The notes: generated by a model not told the origin, from the letters alone. A stretch of DNA of 55,265 nucleotides from Gemmatimonas sp. (GCA_031414535.1 JANNVQ010000032.1:1-55265), one strand, 5' to 3'. Positions 16,911 through 27,078 are shown, counted from the stretch's first letter. Program-made: numbers and translations.

Positions 16911-17922
16911 GCGGCGGCGCCGTCCCCGCGATGGCCGCGGCGAGCCGAGGGGCGATCACGAGGCGCGAGTACGTTGACTCCACCAGTGCACGACCTGCCG
17001 CACCGGCGCTTCGCCGCCGCGGCTCGTCGCCAATCCAGTCGCTGAGCGCCCCTCGCCACGATCCCAGCACGCCCTCGCCAACCGACGCCTCCGCCAGCAC
17101 CGTGCGGTTCATGCCGACAGGAGAAACCAGCGCCGGTACGCCGCAGGACAAGTAGAGCAACATTTTGTACGAACACTTGCCGCGTTCCCATACGCTGTCG
17201 TTCAAGGGCATCAGACCCAGATCGAATGATTGAATGGTGGGAACTTCGGACTCCGGGGACCAGGCGACGAATTCCACTTGCTTCGCCGGAAGTCTTGGAA
17301 GGATTGGTGGCTGATCCGACAGGACGCGTAGCAGCACCTGCGGATTGGCCCCGAGTACTTCGGCTAGGTCATCCTGCAGGGAACTGAGATAGTGCAGCCC
17401 ACCGCTCGCGCCGCTCCATCCAATAATCACGCGGCCGTCTGCCGGCCGAGGTGCTGGCCGAAATCGAATGGTATCAACCGCGGTCGGAATTACCTGAACG
17501 TCGCGGCAGTAGCTGCTGAACCACTCGGCGAGAAAAGCATTCCCCGCAATGACGCGGTCGCAGCGTTGTGCGAGGCGTCCGGCGAATGCGCCTCTGGGAA
17601 GAGCCCACAGCGCATCGTCCACGTCGAGCACGCGTGGCCGCTTGGTGAGCCCCTCCAGAGTGACGAAGGTCGAAAGCAGCTCGCGCTGTAGCACCGTGAC
17701 ATCGGCACCGTGGGACGCCGCAATGGCAGGGAGCCGGTCCGCGAGTGAAGCCAGAGCCCAAGCAGGTCGCGCCCAGCGTGAAGTTGGCGGATAGCTACCC
17801 GGCCCTGAACTCCGCTCCGTGAGCGCCACGCCAAACGGCTCCAGCTGCCCCAAGAACTGCCGGATGCGAAAGCGGGCGCTTGGTACCGTGGCGCCGCCGG
17901 TGAGGGCAATCGCGCGAATCAC
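16900..17922 (-). CDS. Glycosyltransferase family 4
   Basis: PSARFRI, LDVDDA, IPTAVD, IGWSG, GLMPL...GKCSYKMLLYLSCGVP. Confidence 0.9.
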   Translation of the reverse strand: MIRAIALTGGATVPSARFRIRQFLGQLEPFGVALTERSSGPGSYPPTSRWARPAWALASLADRLPAIAASHGADVTVLQRELLSTFVTLEGLTKRPRVLDVDDALWALPRGAFAGRLAQRCDRVIAGNAFLAEWFSSYCRDVQVIPTAVDTIRFRPAPRPADGRVIIGWSGASGGLHYLSSLQDDLAEVLGANPQVLLRVLSDQPPILPRLPAKQVEFVAWSPESEVPTIQSFDLGLMPLNDSVWERGKCSYKMLLYLSCGVPALVSPVGMNRTVLAEASVGEGVLGSWRGALSDWIGDEPRRRSAGAAGRALVESTYSRLVIAPRLAAAIAGTAPPPSS

Positions 17923-19034
17923 GGTGTGAGCAACTCGCGATAGAGCCCGACATACTTATCGGCGACGGCCCTCAATGAAAACTCCTGCTCTACGCGATTG
18001 CGCGCCGCTCGCCCGCGCGCCGCGCGTTCGTCGGCCGACCACGCGAGCGCCGTGCGCAGCCCAGCCGCGAGCGCTTCGGCATCACCGGCCCGGACAATCA
18101 CGCCCGTGTCCTGAGCCACGCGCGCGCAGTCCCCGACGTCAGTGGCCACCGCCGCGACTCCGCAGGCCATGGCCTCGCCCAACACATTCGGGAAGGCCTC
18201 GTCGAGCGAGGGGAGCACGGCGACGTCGAGCGCCGGGAAAAAGCGATCCGCGCCGATGGCACCGTGCAGATGAAAGCGCGCGCGAAAGGCGTCGGGCAGG
18301 GTAGCACGGAGGGCCTCACCGTCCCGATCAAGTCCCGGACCCGCGACGACGGCGTGCACGCGTGCATCGCTCAGCACCTGGGCACAGGCAGCGGCAAATA
18401 CCGGGTGCCCCTTGATTGGGGTGTACCGCCCAAGCACCCCGATCAGCAGCCCATCCGCAGGGATCCCCAACTGCGCGCGCAGGGCCGAGCGGACTTCGGC
18501 ATCGGGTTTAAGTCGGGCGGTGTCGAATCCGTTATCAATGCGCCGCATGCGGCCACGGGGGTAACCCCAGCCGGCGTGGGCGGTGATTGCGGCGTCCGAG
18601 TTGCAGACGATGGCATCAGCGAGGACGCGGGCTGGTAGTCCGCTCAGACGCGCCAGAGCCACGGTGGCCGTGCGTTCCACATCTGTGGTGATGCGATTGG
18701 CGCGGATATTCCAAATCACGGGGCGTCCCGTCCACAACGCAGCGAGGCCACCAATAGCGTTCGCGTGGTACATCCACGCATGAAGCAAGGTCGGTGTGTT
18801 CCCAGCCAGCTCGCTGCGAATGCGCTTGAGCCCAGCGGTCATCCCGGCGCCTCGATGGAGATTGAGATCGACCACTGGAATGCCAGCGGCCTCAAGCGCG
18901 GCACCATGAGTTCCGTGATCGCGCAGCGAGATGACCGACTGTTCAACGGCGTCCCGAGATGCAAGCGCGAGCTTGGTCAGCATCGCCTCAGCGCCGCCGG
19001 TCTCTAATCCGGTAATGACGTGAACGACTCTCAC
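17919..19034 (-). CDS. Glycosyltransferase family 4
   Basis: HVITGLETGGAE, WMYHAN, NGFD, EAFPNVLGEAMACG. Confidence 0.93.
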   Translation of the reverse strand: MRVVHVITGLETGGAEAMLTKLALASRDAVEQSVISLRDHGTHGAALEAAGIPVVDLNLHRGAGMTAGLKRIRSELAGNTPTLLHAWMYHANAIGGLAALWTGRPVIWNIRANRITTDVERTATVALARLSGLPARVLADAIVCNSDAAITAHAGWGYPRGRMRRIDNGFDTARLKPDAEVRSALRAQLGIPADGLLIGVLGRYTPIKGHPVFAAACAQVLSDARVHAVVAGPGLDRDGEALRATLPDAFRARFHLHGAIGADRFFPALDVAVLPSLDEAFPNVLGEAMACGVAAVATDVGDCARVAQDTGVIVRAGDAEALAAGLRTALAWSADERAARGRAARNRVEQEFSLRAVADKYVGLYRELLTP

Positions 19035-21004
19035 GAGCCGCTGCTACTCGAGGCCGACCACGAGTCACGCCACGCAATGAACATGAGCACGTTCCAGAGC
19101 GCCGCCGAGTGGTTGCGATGTCCGCTGAGATGTTCGGTCCAGAGTCGCGTGACGGGAACAGGATCGAGGAGCCCATCTCGTCCGAGATGTGAAGGAGCAA
19201 GCAGATCGCCCGCCCAAGGTCGCAGCGGGCCGCGCAGCCATTCGGCGACGGGCACCGCGAATCCCTGCTTCGGACGGTCAATCAATGCTCGCGGCACATA
19301 GCGATCCAACAGCGTCCGTAAGGCCCACTTCCCCCGGCCATCTACGATGCGCCGGCCCATCGGGAGGCGCGCGGCAAGGGCAATGATGCGCGCATCCAAG
19401 AACGGGGCTCGTGTTTCCAAGGACACCGCCATCGCCGCACGGTCCACCTTGACGAGGATGTCGTCTGGGAGGTAGCCGACGAGGTCTCGGTACTGCATCC
19501 GCGCCAATGCCGTTTTGGGTGCATGCGCGCGGTCAATCCAACTCGGCCAAGCCTCCCCGCGTGACGTATTGCCAACGACTGCCAAGGGGCCATCGTACCA
19601 ATTGGACACGAGCCGATCGTACACCGAGTCGAGCGATGACGACTCCAACAACGCGGCCGCCTTGTGCGCTTTGTCGCCAGCCTGCGCGAGATGCAGGCGC
19701 TTAGGCAACAGGGGACGGGACATGCCCGCGACGCGATCCCACGCGTCGGGAGACACGGCGCGCAACGCGCCGGCCACTCCCACGCGCAGCGGGTGCGGCA
19801 ATGAACCGACCATCCCCCACATGCGCGTCGCCCAGATGTAGCGCGTATAGCCTCCGAACATCTCGTCCCCACCATCGCCCGAGAGGGCCACCGTGACGCG
19901 CTTCCTGGCCAGCGTCGCAACAAGATGCGTGGGAATCTGCGACGAGTCGGCGAAGGGCTCGTCGTACATCGTGGGCAGGCGCGGGATGACCGCGCGCGCC
20001 TCGTCGGGCGACAGAATAATCTCGGTGTGATCCGTACCCAGATGCTGGGCTACAGCCCGCGCCGCATCGGCTTCGTTATAACGAGCTTCGGTGAATCCAA
20101 TCGTAAAGGTCTGCACCGGCCGCGTCGAGAGTGCTTGCATCACTCCCACGATGAGCGACGAGTCTACGCCGCCAGAGAGAAAAGCACCCAGTGGAACGTC
20201 GGCCACCATCTGCTCGCCCACCACGAGACGCAGCGTTTCGTCGAGCGCCTCAAGGATGGGTGCTTCAGCATCGGGCAGCGGATCATTGGCACCGGCGCGG
20301 GCCACCTCGGCGGCGGACCAATAGGGCACCGAGCGTCCCGACTGGCCACTGCGTGGGTCAGCAAACTCGCGGTAGGTCCCCGGCTCCAACTTGTGTACGC
20401 CCTCGAGGATGCAGTCGGGCGTCGGGACGTAACTGAAGCGGAGAAACGCGGCGAGGGCGTCGCGATTGATGGTGTTGCCGATCCACGGGAGAGCACGCAG
20501 CGCCTTCAACTCCGATGCGAATGCGAGCGCCCCGTTCTGCACGCACCAATACAACGGCTTTTCACCTGTGCGATCGCGCGTCAGCGTCAACGTACGACGC
20601 TCGGCGTCCCAGAGCGCGAGTGCGAACATGCCCTGCGAACGGCGGAGCGTCGCATCCACGCCCCATCGCTCGAAACCCGCGAGCAACACTTCGGTGTCGG
20701 AGTGCCCACGAAAGGCCGCTCCCGCGGACTCGAGTTCGCGGCGCAGGCTGCCGAAGTTGTAGATCTCGCCGTTGAAGACAATCTCGAAGCGCCCGCTGGC
20801 GGAGGCCATCGGTTGGGCGCCGGCTGGCGAGAGGTCCACAATGCTGAGTCGGCGATGTCCGAGCGTCAGTCCCGCGGCTTCATCCTGCCAGAGGCCGTCG
20901 GCATCCGGGCCGCGATGTTCGATGGCGTCGGTCATGCGACGCACGAGCGCCTGCATCCGGTCCAAAGGCTCGTTTGGTGCCCAGCACCCTGCTATACCGC
21001 ACAC
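19031..21004 (-). CDS. asnB: Asparagine synthase (glutamine-hydrolysing) family amidotransferase
   Basis: MCGIAG, HRGPD, GHRRLSIVDLS, FNGEIYN, FLSGGVDSS, DEPFADSS, LSGDGGDE, KVDRAAMAVSLETRAPFLD. Confidence 0.95.
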   Translation of the reverse strand: MCGIAGCWAPNEPLDRMQALVRRMTDAIEHRGPDADGLWQDEAAGLTLGHRRLSIVDLSPAGAQPMASASGRFEIVFNGEIYNFGSLRRELESAGAAFRGHSDTEVLLAGFERWGVDATLRRSQGMFALALWDAERRTLTLTRDRTGEKPLYWCVQNGALAFASELKALRALPWIGNTINRDALAAFLRFSYVPTPDCILEGVHKLEPGTYREFADPRSGQSGRSVPYWSAAEVARAGANDPLPDAEAPILEALDETLRLVVGEQMVADVPLGAFLSGGVDSSLIVGVMQALSTRPVQTFTIGFTEARYNEADAARAVAQHLGTDHTEIILSPDEARAVIPRLPTMYDEPFADSSQIPTHLVATLARKRVTVALSGDGGDEMFGGYTRYIWATRMWGMVGSLPHPLRVGVAGALRAVSPDAWDRVAGMSRPLLPKRLHLAQAGDKAHKAAALLESSSLDSVYDRLVSNWYDGPLAVVGNTSRGEAWPSWIDRAHAPKTALARMQYRDLVGYLPDDILVKVDRAAMAVSLETRAPFLDARIIALAARLPMGRRIVDGRGKWALRTLLDRYVPRALIDRPKQGFAVPVAEWLRGPLRPWAGDLLAPSHLGRDGLLDPVPVTRLWTEHLSGHRNHSAALWNVLMFIAWRDSWSASSSSGS

Positions 21005-21096
21005 CTCAGCCGCCCCGCCGGCAGCGCCGAGAGCGATGGGTCAAGACCAAGGTCACTCTCGTGACTTCGAATTCAGGCAGAGGCATTTTGCGAAAC

Positions 21097-22584
21097 TTAG
21101 GTGGCAAGCACGTCGGGGGACAGCGAAGGGCCACGGACCTTCGTCATTACACTTCGGCCATCGTGGAAGGCACCGAGCGCCATCAGAAGGGCGAATGGAA
21201 TCAGCAGAAGCCGCCAGCGTTCGGCGCCCGGAACAGCCGTGAGCACAGCAACTGCGGCAACCGCCACTGCCAACCCACTGCGCCACGCCACACGCGGATG
21301 TCCACCGAGCACTCGCTGCGCGCTGTGGTCGAGCAAGGCGGCTCCGAGACCTTGCGCGAGCGCCCAAGCTAACGTGACGGCAAATAGAGCAGGGACAGAT
21401 CCGAGTGCCCACGCCACCATTGCGTAGATGCCGAGGATGGCTGCGTTCAACAGTGCGGCGCGCCGAAACGCTCCGGCCGACTGGATGAGTTCGTACGAGA
21501 CGCTCGCGTGTGCCATCGCGACACTGCCCGCGAGCAGAAGGGCGAAGGCTTGCTGGGCTTCGGCCGCCTTAAAGCCCAGCAAAGGGAGCAGAGGAACGCC
21601 AACGAGCACGCCGCCGCAGAGCGCGGCCGCGTACACCTGAAGGCTCGCACGGGCCGCCAGCGGGAGCAGCTCGGCGAGCCGTGTGCGGTTCGCGGGCTTT
21701 GCCAACATCGCGGCGAACGCTGGATACACCACCAAGCTGATGCCACTCGAGATGAACCACAATTTTGAGGCGAGGTCAAAAAGGCCGCGGAAGGCACCCA
21801 CCGCATTCATGTCACCTCGCCGGCCAATAGCCCAAATGCCAAACGACATGATGCCGACCTGCAGGATCTGCGCGTAGGCCAGCTCCGAGGTCTGCCGGAA
21901 GAAAGCACCAATACGCTTACCGTTAAACACAGGCCGCATTGCTCCCGGCGGAACCGGCGTCAACAGACGTGAGGCGAGCCACCACTCGGGGAGTCGCCGT
22001 GCCACCGTGATGGCGACGACACCCAATGGGCTCGCGCCGCTGGCGAGCGCGACCAAGGGGAGACCGTAGCGCAGCACACCAGATGCCGCGGTGTAACGCG
22101 CGAGTCGTGAAAACTCCTCGTGTCCCATCGTGTAGGAGCCCCGCAGCGCAGCGGGGATTCCCAGAACGTAATCCAGTGCGGCCAGCACGGCGATTGCAAA
22201 CGCCGTGCTCTCGTCGCCCGCGGGGACGGGAAACAGGACGATCGTCGCAAACCATGCCAAGGGGAATGCGAGTGCGGAGAGCACGCCCGCCACGAGGAGA
22301 TAGCAGGCCACCGCGTGTCGCAGCAGGGCCGCTCGGCTCTCGTCCGCGTCAGCCGCCGCGAGCAGGCGCACCAGATTCTTGCCAAGGCCAAACTCCACCA
22401 ACACCACGTAGCCCTGCATCACGCCATAGATCGACCAAAGCGCGTAGCCGTCGAAACCCAAGAGGCGGGTGGCCAATGGCACGAAGAGCACGCCCAGCAC
22501 GCCCGTGGCTAGATGTGCTCCGTAGACGTAGCCAACGTTCCGCAGTAGCCGCTTGGCCCTCGCCGGCGCCGCGGGCTCACTCAC
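21097..22584 (-). CDS. Wzx-type flippase (polysaccharide biosynthesis protein)
   Basis: LLRNVG...FVPLATRLLGFDGYALW...EFGLG; 12-14 TM segments. Confidence 0.8.
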   Translation of the reverse strand: MSEPAAPARAKRLLRNVGYVYGAHLATGVLGVLFVPLATRLLGFDGYALWSIYGVMQGYVVLVEFGLGKNLVRLLAAADADESRAALLRHAVACYLLVAGVLSALAFPLAWFATIVLFPVPAGDESTAFAIAVLAALDYVLGIPAALRGSYTMGHEEFSRLARYTAASGVLRYGLPLVALASGASPLGVVAITVARRLPEWWLASRLLTPVPPGAMRPVFNGKRIGAFFRQTSELAYAQILQVGIMSFGIWAIGRRGDMNAVGAFRGLFDLASKLWFISSGISLVVYPAFAAMLAKPANRTRLAELLPLAARASLQVYAAALCGGVLVGVPLLPLLGFKAAEAQQAFALLLAGSVAMAHASVSYELIQSAGAFRRAALLNAAILGIYAMVAWALGSVPALFAVTLAWALAQGLGAALLDHSAQRVLGGHPRVAWRSGLAVAVAAVAVLTAVPGAERWRLLLIPFALLMALGAFHDGRSVMTKVRGPSLSPDVLAT

Positions 22585-23675
22585 CCGCCGCGCGCCCGCT
22601 GGTCAAAGTACCAATGCGCCGTACGCACCAGCCCGTCTTCTGCGAAGACCAACGGTTGGTAGCCCGTGGCCCGGCTAATGGCGCCGATGTCCGCCTGCGA
22701 GTGGCGAATGTCCCCAACGCGCGGCGGTGAACCCACGGGCGACTCGGCCACCACGAGGCCCCGTGACAGCGCCGCGCTGCGCAGATGCGCGTAGAGCTCG
22801 CGGAGCGTCGTCTTCTCCCCGCAGGCCACGTTGAAAATCTCATTCGTGTCCCGCTCGCCCTGCGCCTGAGCAGCCAGCAAATTGGCCTTCACCACATTGG
22901 CCACGAAGCAAAAGTCGCGGCTGGTGAGCCCATCGCCGTGCAGGGTGCAGATCCCGCCCGACGCCATGGCGTCGAGCCAGCGTGGAATCACGGCGGCGTA
23001 AGGGCCCTGCGGGTCCTGGCGCGGGCCGAACACGTTGAAGTAGCGCAAGCCGGTGATGCGCTGGCCGTAGCAGGACGCAAAGACCGAAGCGTAGGTCTCG
23101 TTGGTCCGCTTGGTGGCCGCATACGGAGAGAGTACGCGACCCACTCGCTCCTCGAGCTTGGGCAGGTTGGCGTCGTCGCCGTACACGGAACTGCTGCTGG
23201 CGTACACAAAGCGCTCCACACCGGCCAAGCGTGACGCATGCAGCACGTTCAAGTGCCCGGTCACGTTCACATCGTGGCTCGCGATGGGATTCTCCAAGGA
23301 GCGGGGCACGGAGCCCAACGCGGCCTGGTGGAGGACCCAACGCACGCCTTCCGTGGCGCTCGTGCAGGTCTCCAGCGAGCGAATGTCTCCCTCGATGAAC
23401 CGGAACCGCTTGGCGGCGTCCGGTCCCACGGCCTTCACGGCCGCATCAAGGGTCTCGCGACGGCCGGTGAGGAAGTTGTCGAGCCCCACGACCTCTGCGC
23501 CCGCCGACAGAAGCGCCTCGACCAAGTGCGAGCCGATGAACCCGGCGGCTCCAGTCACCAGCCAGCGGCCCTCCGCCAAAGAGCGCTGCTGCCCAAGCCA
23601 CGAGGAAAGTTCAGCGCCCGCCGTCAATTCACGAGAAGACACAACGATACGGTTTGAGAGCGATTTGCGAGGCAA
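22581..23675 (-). CDS. UDP-GlcNAc(A) 4-epimerase, WbpP/TviC-like
   Basis: WLVTGAAGFIGS, LHQAALGSVPRS, YASSSSVYGD, SPYAATK, LRYFNVFGPRQDPQGPYAAVIP; exact start uncertain. Confidence 0.9.
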   Translation of the reverse strand: MPRKSLSNRIVVSSRELTAGAELSSWLGQQRSLAEGRWLVTGAAGFIGSHLVEALLSAGAEVVGLDNFLTGRRETLDAAVKAVGPDAAKRFRFIEGDIRSLETCTSATEGVRWVLHQAALGSVPRSLENPIASHDVNVTGHLNVLHASRLAGVERFVYASSSSVYGDDANLPKLEERVGRVLSPYAATKRTNETYASVFASCYGQRITGLRYFNVFGPRQDPQGPYAAVIPRWLDAMASGGICTLHGDGLTSRDFCFVANVVKANLLAAQAQGERDTNEIFNVACGEKTTLRELYAHLRSAALSRGLVVAESPVGSPPRVGDIRHSQADIGAISRATGYQPLVFAEDGLVRTAHWYFDQRARGG

Positions 23676-23765
23676 AAATCAATAGTCTGAAGGGTACCAT
23701 CCTGCGTAGGTCAGCGGTAGCGTAGACGCTGTCTGTGGCCTAGGCGCTTGCGTTAGTTTTCCCGC

Positions 23766-26483
23766 ATGCACGCCTACGAAATCCGCACCCGATTCCTGCA
23801 GTACTTCGCCCGCCAGTCTCACGCCATCCGGCCGAGCTCCTCGCTCGTCCCCGGCGAGGACCCCACCTTGCTCTTCACCAACGCTGGTATGGTGCAGTTC
23901 AAGAAGGTCTTCCTCGGCCAAGAGCAGGCCCCCGACGGGAATCGTCGCGCCACCACCTCGCAGAAGTGCGTGCGCGCCGGTGGCAAGCACAATGACTTGG
24001 AGCAGGTGGGCCACACGGCCCGGCATCACACCTTCTTCGAGATGCTCGGCAACTTCTCGTTCGGCGACTACTTCAAGCGCGACGCCATCAAGTTCGCGTG
24101 GGAGTTTGTCACCGAAGAACTGAAGATTCCCAAGGAGCACATCCGCGTCACCGTCTACAAGGACGACGACGAGGCGCGCCAACTCTGGGTCGCCGAGACC
24201 GGCATCGCGGCGAATCGCGTGTACGGCCTCGGCGAGAAGGACAACTTTTGGCAGATGGCCGATACCGGTCCCTGCGGCCCCTGCACGGAGATCTACATTG
24301 ACCTCGCCCATATGGCGAAGGACTTTGAGTTTCCGGCCGGCGCTAGCGGCGAGTGGACCGATCGTACACTCAAGGATTTCTCGCTCGATGCGTTCGTCGA
24401 GGGCGCCGAGGCTGGGCGCTTCCTCGAGATTTGGAATCTCGTATTCATGCAGTTCGACCGTCAGCCCGACGGTACACTCGTGCCGCTGCCTAAGCCCAGC
24501 GTAGATACCGGCGCGGGACTCGAGCGCATCGCTGCCGTTTTGCAGGGCGTCTCCAACAATTATCACACCGATCTCTTCACGCCCCTGCTTGGCCGCGTGG
24601 AAGAAATCACCGGCAAGAAGTACGCCTACCACAACGAAGATTCCGCGAGCTATCGCGTGTTGGCCGATCACGCGCGTGCCGTGAGCTTCCTGCTCGCCGA
24701 CGGCGTGTTCCCCAGCAACGAAGGCCGCGGATACGTGATGCGCCGCATCCTTCGTCGCGCTGTGCGCCACGCTTGGCTACTCGGCAGGCGCGAGCCAACG
24801 CTCGTGCATGTGGTAGAGAAGGTGATTGAGATGATGCAGGGCCAGTTCCCCGAACTTGCGAGCAAAGGCAAGCACATTCTCGATACCACACGCGCTGAGG
24901 AAGAGCGCTTTCTGGCGACGATCGAAGGGGGTCTTGATCGCTTTGAACAACTCGCACCAGCCGCGAGCACGCAGGGCAGCACACACGTGCGCGGCACGCT
25001 GAGCGGCGAAGACGTGTTCAAGCTCTACGACACCTTTGGATTCCCCGTGGACCTCACGGAGCTGATGGCGCGTGAGCGTGGGTACATCGTGGATGTGGCG
25101 GGGTTCGAGAGTGCGTTGCAGGTGCAACGCGAAGCGAGTCAAGCGGACAGGCGCGCGAAGAAGATTGCGGTGGGAGCGGATGTGTTGGGCGAGTTATCGA
25201 GTTGGACGGATGACGGAAGACGGATGCTCACAACTGGTGGGCGATTTGTGGGCTATGAGCTCACCGAGGTTTCTACCGCCGTCGTTGGCATCAAGGAGCT
25301 GCCCGATTCGCAGGTGGCGGTGATGTTGGATGAGTCGCCGTTCTACGCGGAGTCCGGCGGTCAGGTCTCGGACCGCGGGGAGATTCGCGGGGCGAGTTGG
25401 TCGGTGGATGTGACGGAAGTGCGGAAGATTGAAGGGCGGGTCGCGGCGATTGGTATTCCGTCTGGGACGGTGCGGTTTGGGCTGGCTACTGCGCGGGTGC
25501 CTGCTGGCACGCGGCGCGATACGGAGCGTAATCACACGGCCACGCACTTGTTGCACGCGGCGCTACGTCACGTGCTTGGCGAGCATGTGCACCAGGCCGG
25601 TTCGCTCGTGGCGCCGGAGCGTTTGCGCTTCGACTTCACGCATCACGGGCCGATTGCTGCCGCGCAGCTCACACAGATTGAGCAGATGGTGAATGAAGGC
25701 ATCTGGGCCAACGTGGATCTGCGCATCGTTGAGAAGCCGTATCAGGAGGCAATCGCAACGGGGGCGATGGCGCTCTTTGGTGAGAAGTACGGCGACGTGG
25801 TGCGCGTGGTGGAGATCCCCGGACTCAGCACCGAGCTCTGCGGCGGCACGCACGTGAAGAACACCGGAACCATCGGACTCTTCCGCATTGTGAGCGAGAG
25901 TGGTGTGGCGGCGGGTGTGCGTCGCATTGAGGCGGTGACGGGGCGCGGAGCCTTTGCGTTGCTGCGCGAGCACGAGCGCACGCTGGAGTCGGTTGCTGAG
26001 CGCCTGAAGGTGAATGCGCTGTCGGCGGACTTGATCGGCAAGAAGCTCGATTCGCTCGTGGCTGACAAGAAGCAGCTGGAGAAGCGCCTCGACGAAGCCA
26101 TGAAGGGCGGGGGCGCTCAGCAGGATTTGCTGGGTGACGCGGAGCTTGTGAACGGTGCCAAGCTCGTGGCCAAGCAGGTGAAGGTGCCGACGATGAAGGA
26201 ACTGCAGGCGCTGGGCGACGTGGCGCGCGAGGGGCTGGGTTCAGGCGCGGCGGCGCTGCTTGGTGAGTTCGAGGACGGGAAGTTTGGGCTCGTTGTCGCG
26301 CTGACCGATGACCTTCGGGCCAAGGGGCTCTCGGCGGGCGCCCTTGTGAAGGCGATTGGCGCCAAGACGGGAATCAAGGGCGGCGGTAAGGAGCACATGG
26401 CGCAGGCGGGGGTGCCGGCGGAGCAGGGGGCGGAGGTGCTCAGCGTTGCCGCTAGCGAGCTCCGCTCCGCGTTACTGACCTGA
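23766..26483 (+). CDS. alaS: Alanine--tRNA ligase
   Basis: DPTLLFTNAGMVQFK, RHHTFFEMLGNFSFGDYFK, GPCGPCTEI, LEIWNLVFMQF, NHTATHLLH, ELCGGTHV, GVRRIEAVTG, KGGGK. Confidence 0.99.
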   Translation: MHAYEIRTRFLQYFARQSHAIRPSSSLVPGEDPTLLFTNAGMVQFKKVFLGQEQAPDGNRRATTSQKCVRAGGKHNDLEQVGHTARHHTFFEMLGNFSFGDYFKRDAIKFAWEFVTEELKIPKEHIRVTVYKDDDEARQLWVAETGIAANRVYGLGEKDNFWQMADTGPCGPCTEIYIDLAHMAKDFEFPAGASGEWTDRTLKDFSLDAFVEGAEAGRFLEIWNLVFMQFDRQPDGTLVPLPKPSVDTGAGLERIAAVLQGVSNNYHTDLFTPLLGRVEEITGKKYAYHNEDSASYRVLADHARAVSFLLADGVFPSNEGRGYVMRRILRRAVRHAWLLGRREPTLVHVVEKVIEMMQGQFPELASKGKHILDTTRAEEERFLATIEGGLDRFEQLAPAASTQGSTHVRGTLSGEDVFKLYDTFGFPVDLTELMARERGYIVDVAGFESALQVQREASQADRRAKKIAVGADVLGELSSWTDDGRRMLTTGGRFVGYELTEVSTAVVGIKELPDSQVAVMLDESPFYAESGGQVSDRGEIRGASWSVDVTEVRKIEGRVAAIGIPSGTVRFGLATARVPAGTRRDTERNHTATHLLHAALRHVLGEHVHQAGSLVAPERLRFDFTHHGPIAAAQLTQIEQMVNEGIWANVDLRIVEKPYQEAIATGAMALFGEKYGDVVRVVEIPGLSTELCGGTHVKNTGTIGLFRIVSESGVAAGVRRIEAVTGRGAFALLREHERTLESVAERLKVNALSADLIGKKLDSLVADKKQLEKRLDEAMKGGGAQQDLLGDAELVNGAKLVAKQVKVPTMKELQALGDVAREGLGSGAAALLGEFEDGKFGLVVALTDDLRAKGLSAGALVKAIGAKTGIKGGGKEHMAQAGVPAEQGAEVLSVAASELRSALLT
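25205..25225 (+). repeat. (GACGGAW)3 in frame inside alaS
   Basis: GACGGAT GACGGAA GACGGAT; 25204-25224 identical to 2584-2604; encodes W-TDDGRRM. Confidence 0.85.
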
Positions 26484-26485
26484 GC

Positions 26486-26788
26486 TCAGCCAACGGCAGC
26501 CATGACCTCGACCTCCACGAACAGGCGCGCGCCCAGACGGTCGCGTTCATGCTCGAGGTCGTGGTGTGCCTGAAGATTTAGCCAGAACTGCGCTGAGGTG
26601 CCAAAGAAGCGTGCGAGTCTGAGTGCGGTGTCGGCCGAGACGGCACGCTTGCCGTGCACGATTTCATTGATCCGGCGCGGCGGAACCGATATGCTTTGCG
26701 CCAGTCGGTACTGGGAGAGTCCGAGGGGGGTGAGGAACTCAGCCAAGAGCACTTCGCCGGGGTGAATTGGAGGAAGTTTTTTTGGCAT
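26486..26788 (-). CDS. higA: HigA family antitoxin
   Basis: PIHPGEVLLAEFL, RRINEIVHGKRAVSADTALRLARFFGTSAQFWLNLQ. Confidence 0.95.
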   Translation of the reverse strand: MPKKLPPIHPGEVLLAEFLTPLGLSQYRLAQSISVPPRRINEIVHGKRAVSADTALRLARFFGTSAQFWLNLQAHHDLEHERDRLGARLFVEVEVMAAVG

Positions 26789-26796
26789 CAGAGAGG

Positions 26797-27078
26797 TTAG
26801 TGATAGTCCACAACTTCAACTTCTTCGGCGTTCCCATCGCTCCAGCGAAAGCAAATGCGCCACTGTGGGTTGATGCGAATGCTGTACAGGCCGGCTCGAT
26901 CTCCTCTCAGCTTCTCGAGACGATTCCCAGGCGGTAGCCGTAAATCGTCGACGCTGATCGCCGCATGAATCATCGCGAGCTTCGTCAGCATCGCGCGTTG
27001 CAAATGCGATGGCCATACGGTGACCAATTCGCGGTTCCACAGCCTTGAGGTGAGTTTGCTCGCGAAACTTCGAATCAC
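26797..27078 (-). CDS. higB: HigB (plasmid-maintenance killer, RelE superfamily) toxin
   Basis: GTG 27078, MIRSF...DLRLPPGNRLEKLRGDRAGLYSIRINPQWRICFRW...VVDYH. Confidence 0.95.
   Translation of the reverse strand: MIRSFASKLTSRLWNRELVTVWPSHLQRAMLTKLAMIHAAISVDDLRLPPGNRLEKLRGDRAGLYSIRINPQWRICFRWSDGNAEEVEVVDYH

Noticed and set aside
23712..23723. GCGGTAGCGT as an ops/JUMPstart element
   Set aside because: Partial match oriented toward alaS rather than toward the glycan genes; a short GC-rich word expected by chance
11804..24770. Long antisense ORFs (e.g. 11804-12991, 19925-21064, 23679-24770)
   Set aside because: Shadow frames of well-supported genes in high-GC DNA, with no recognisable motifs
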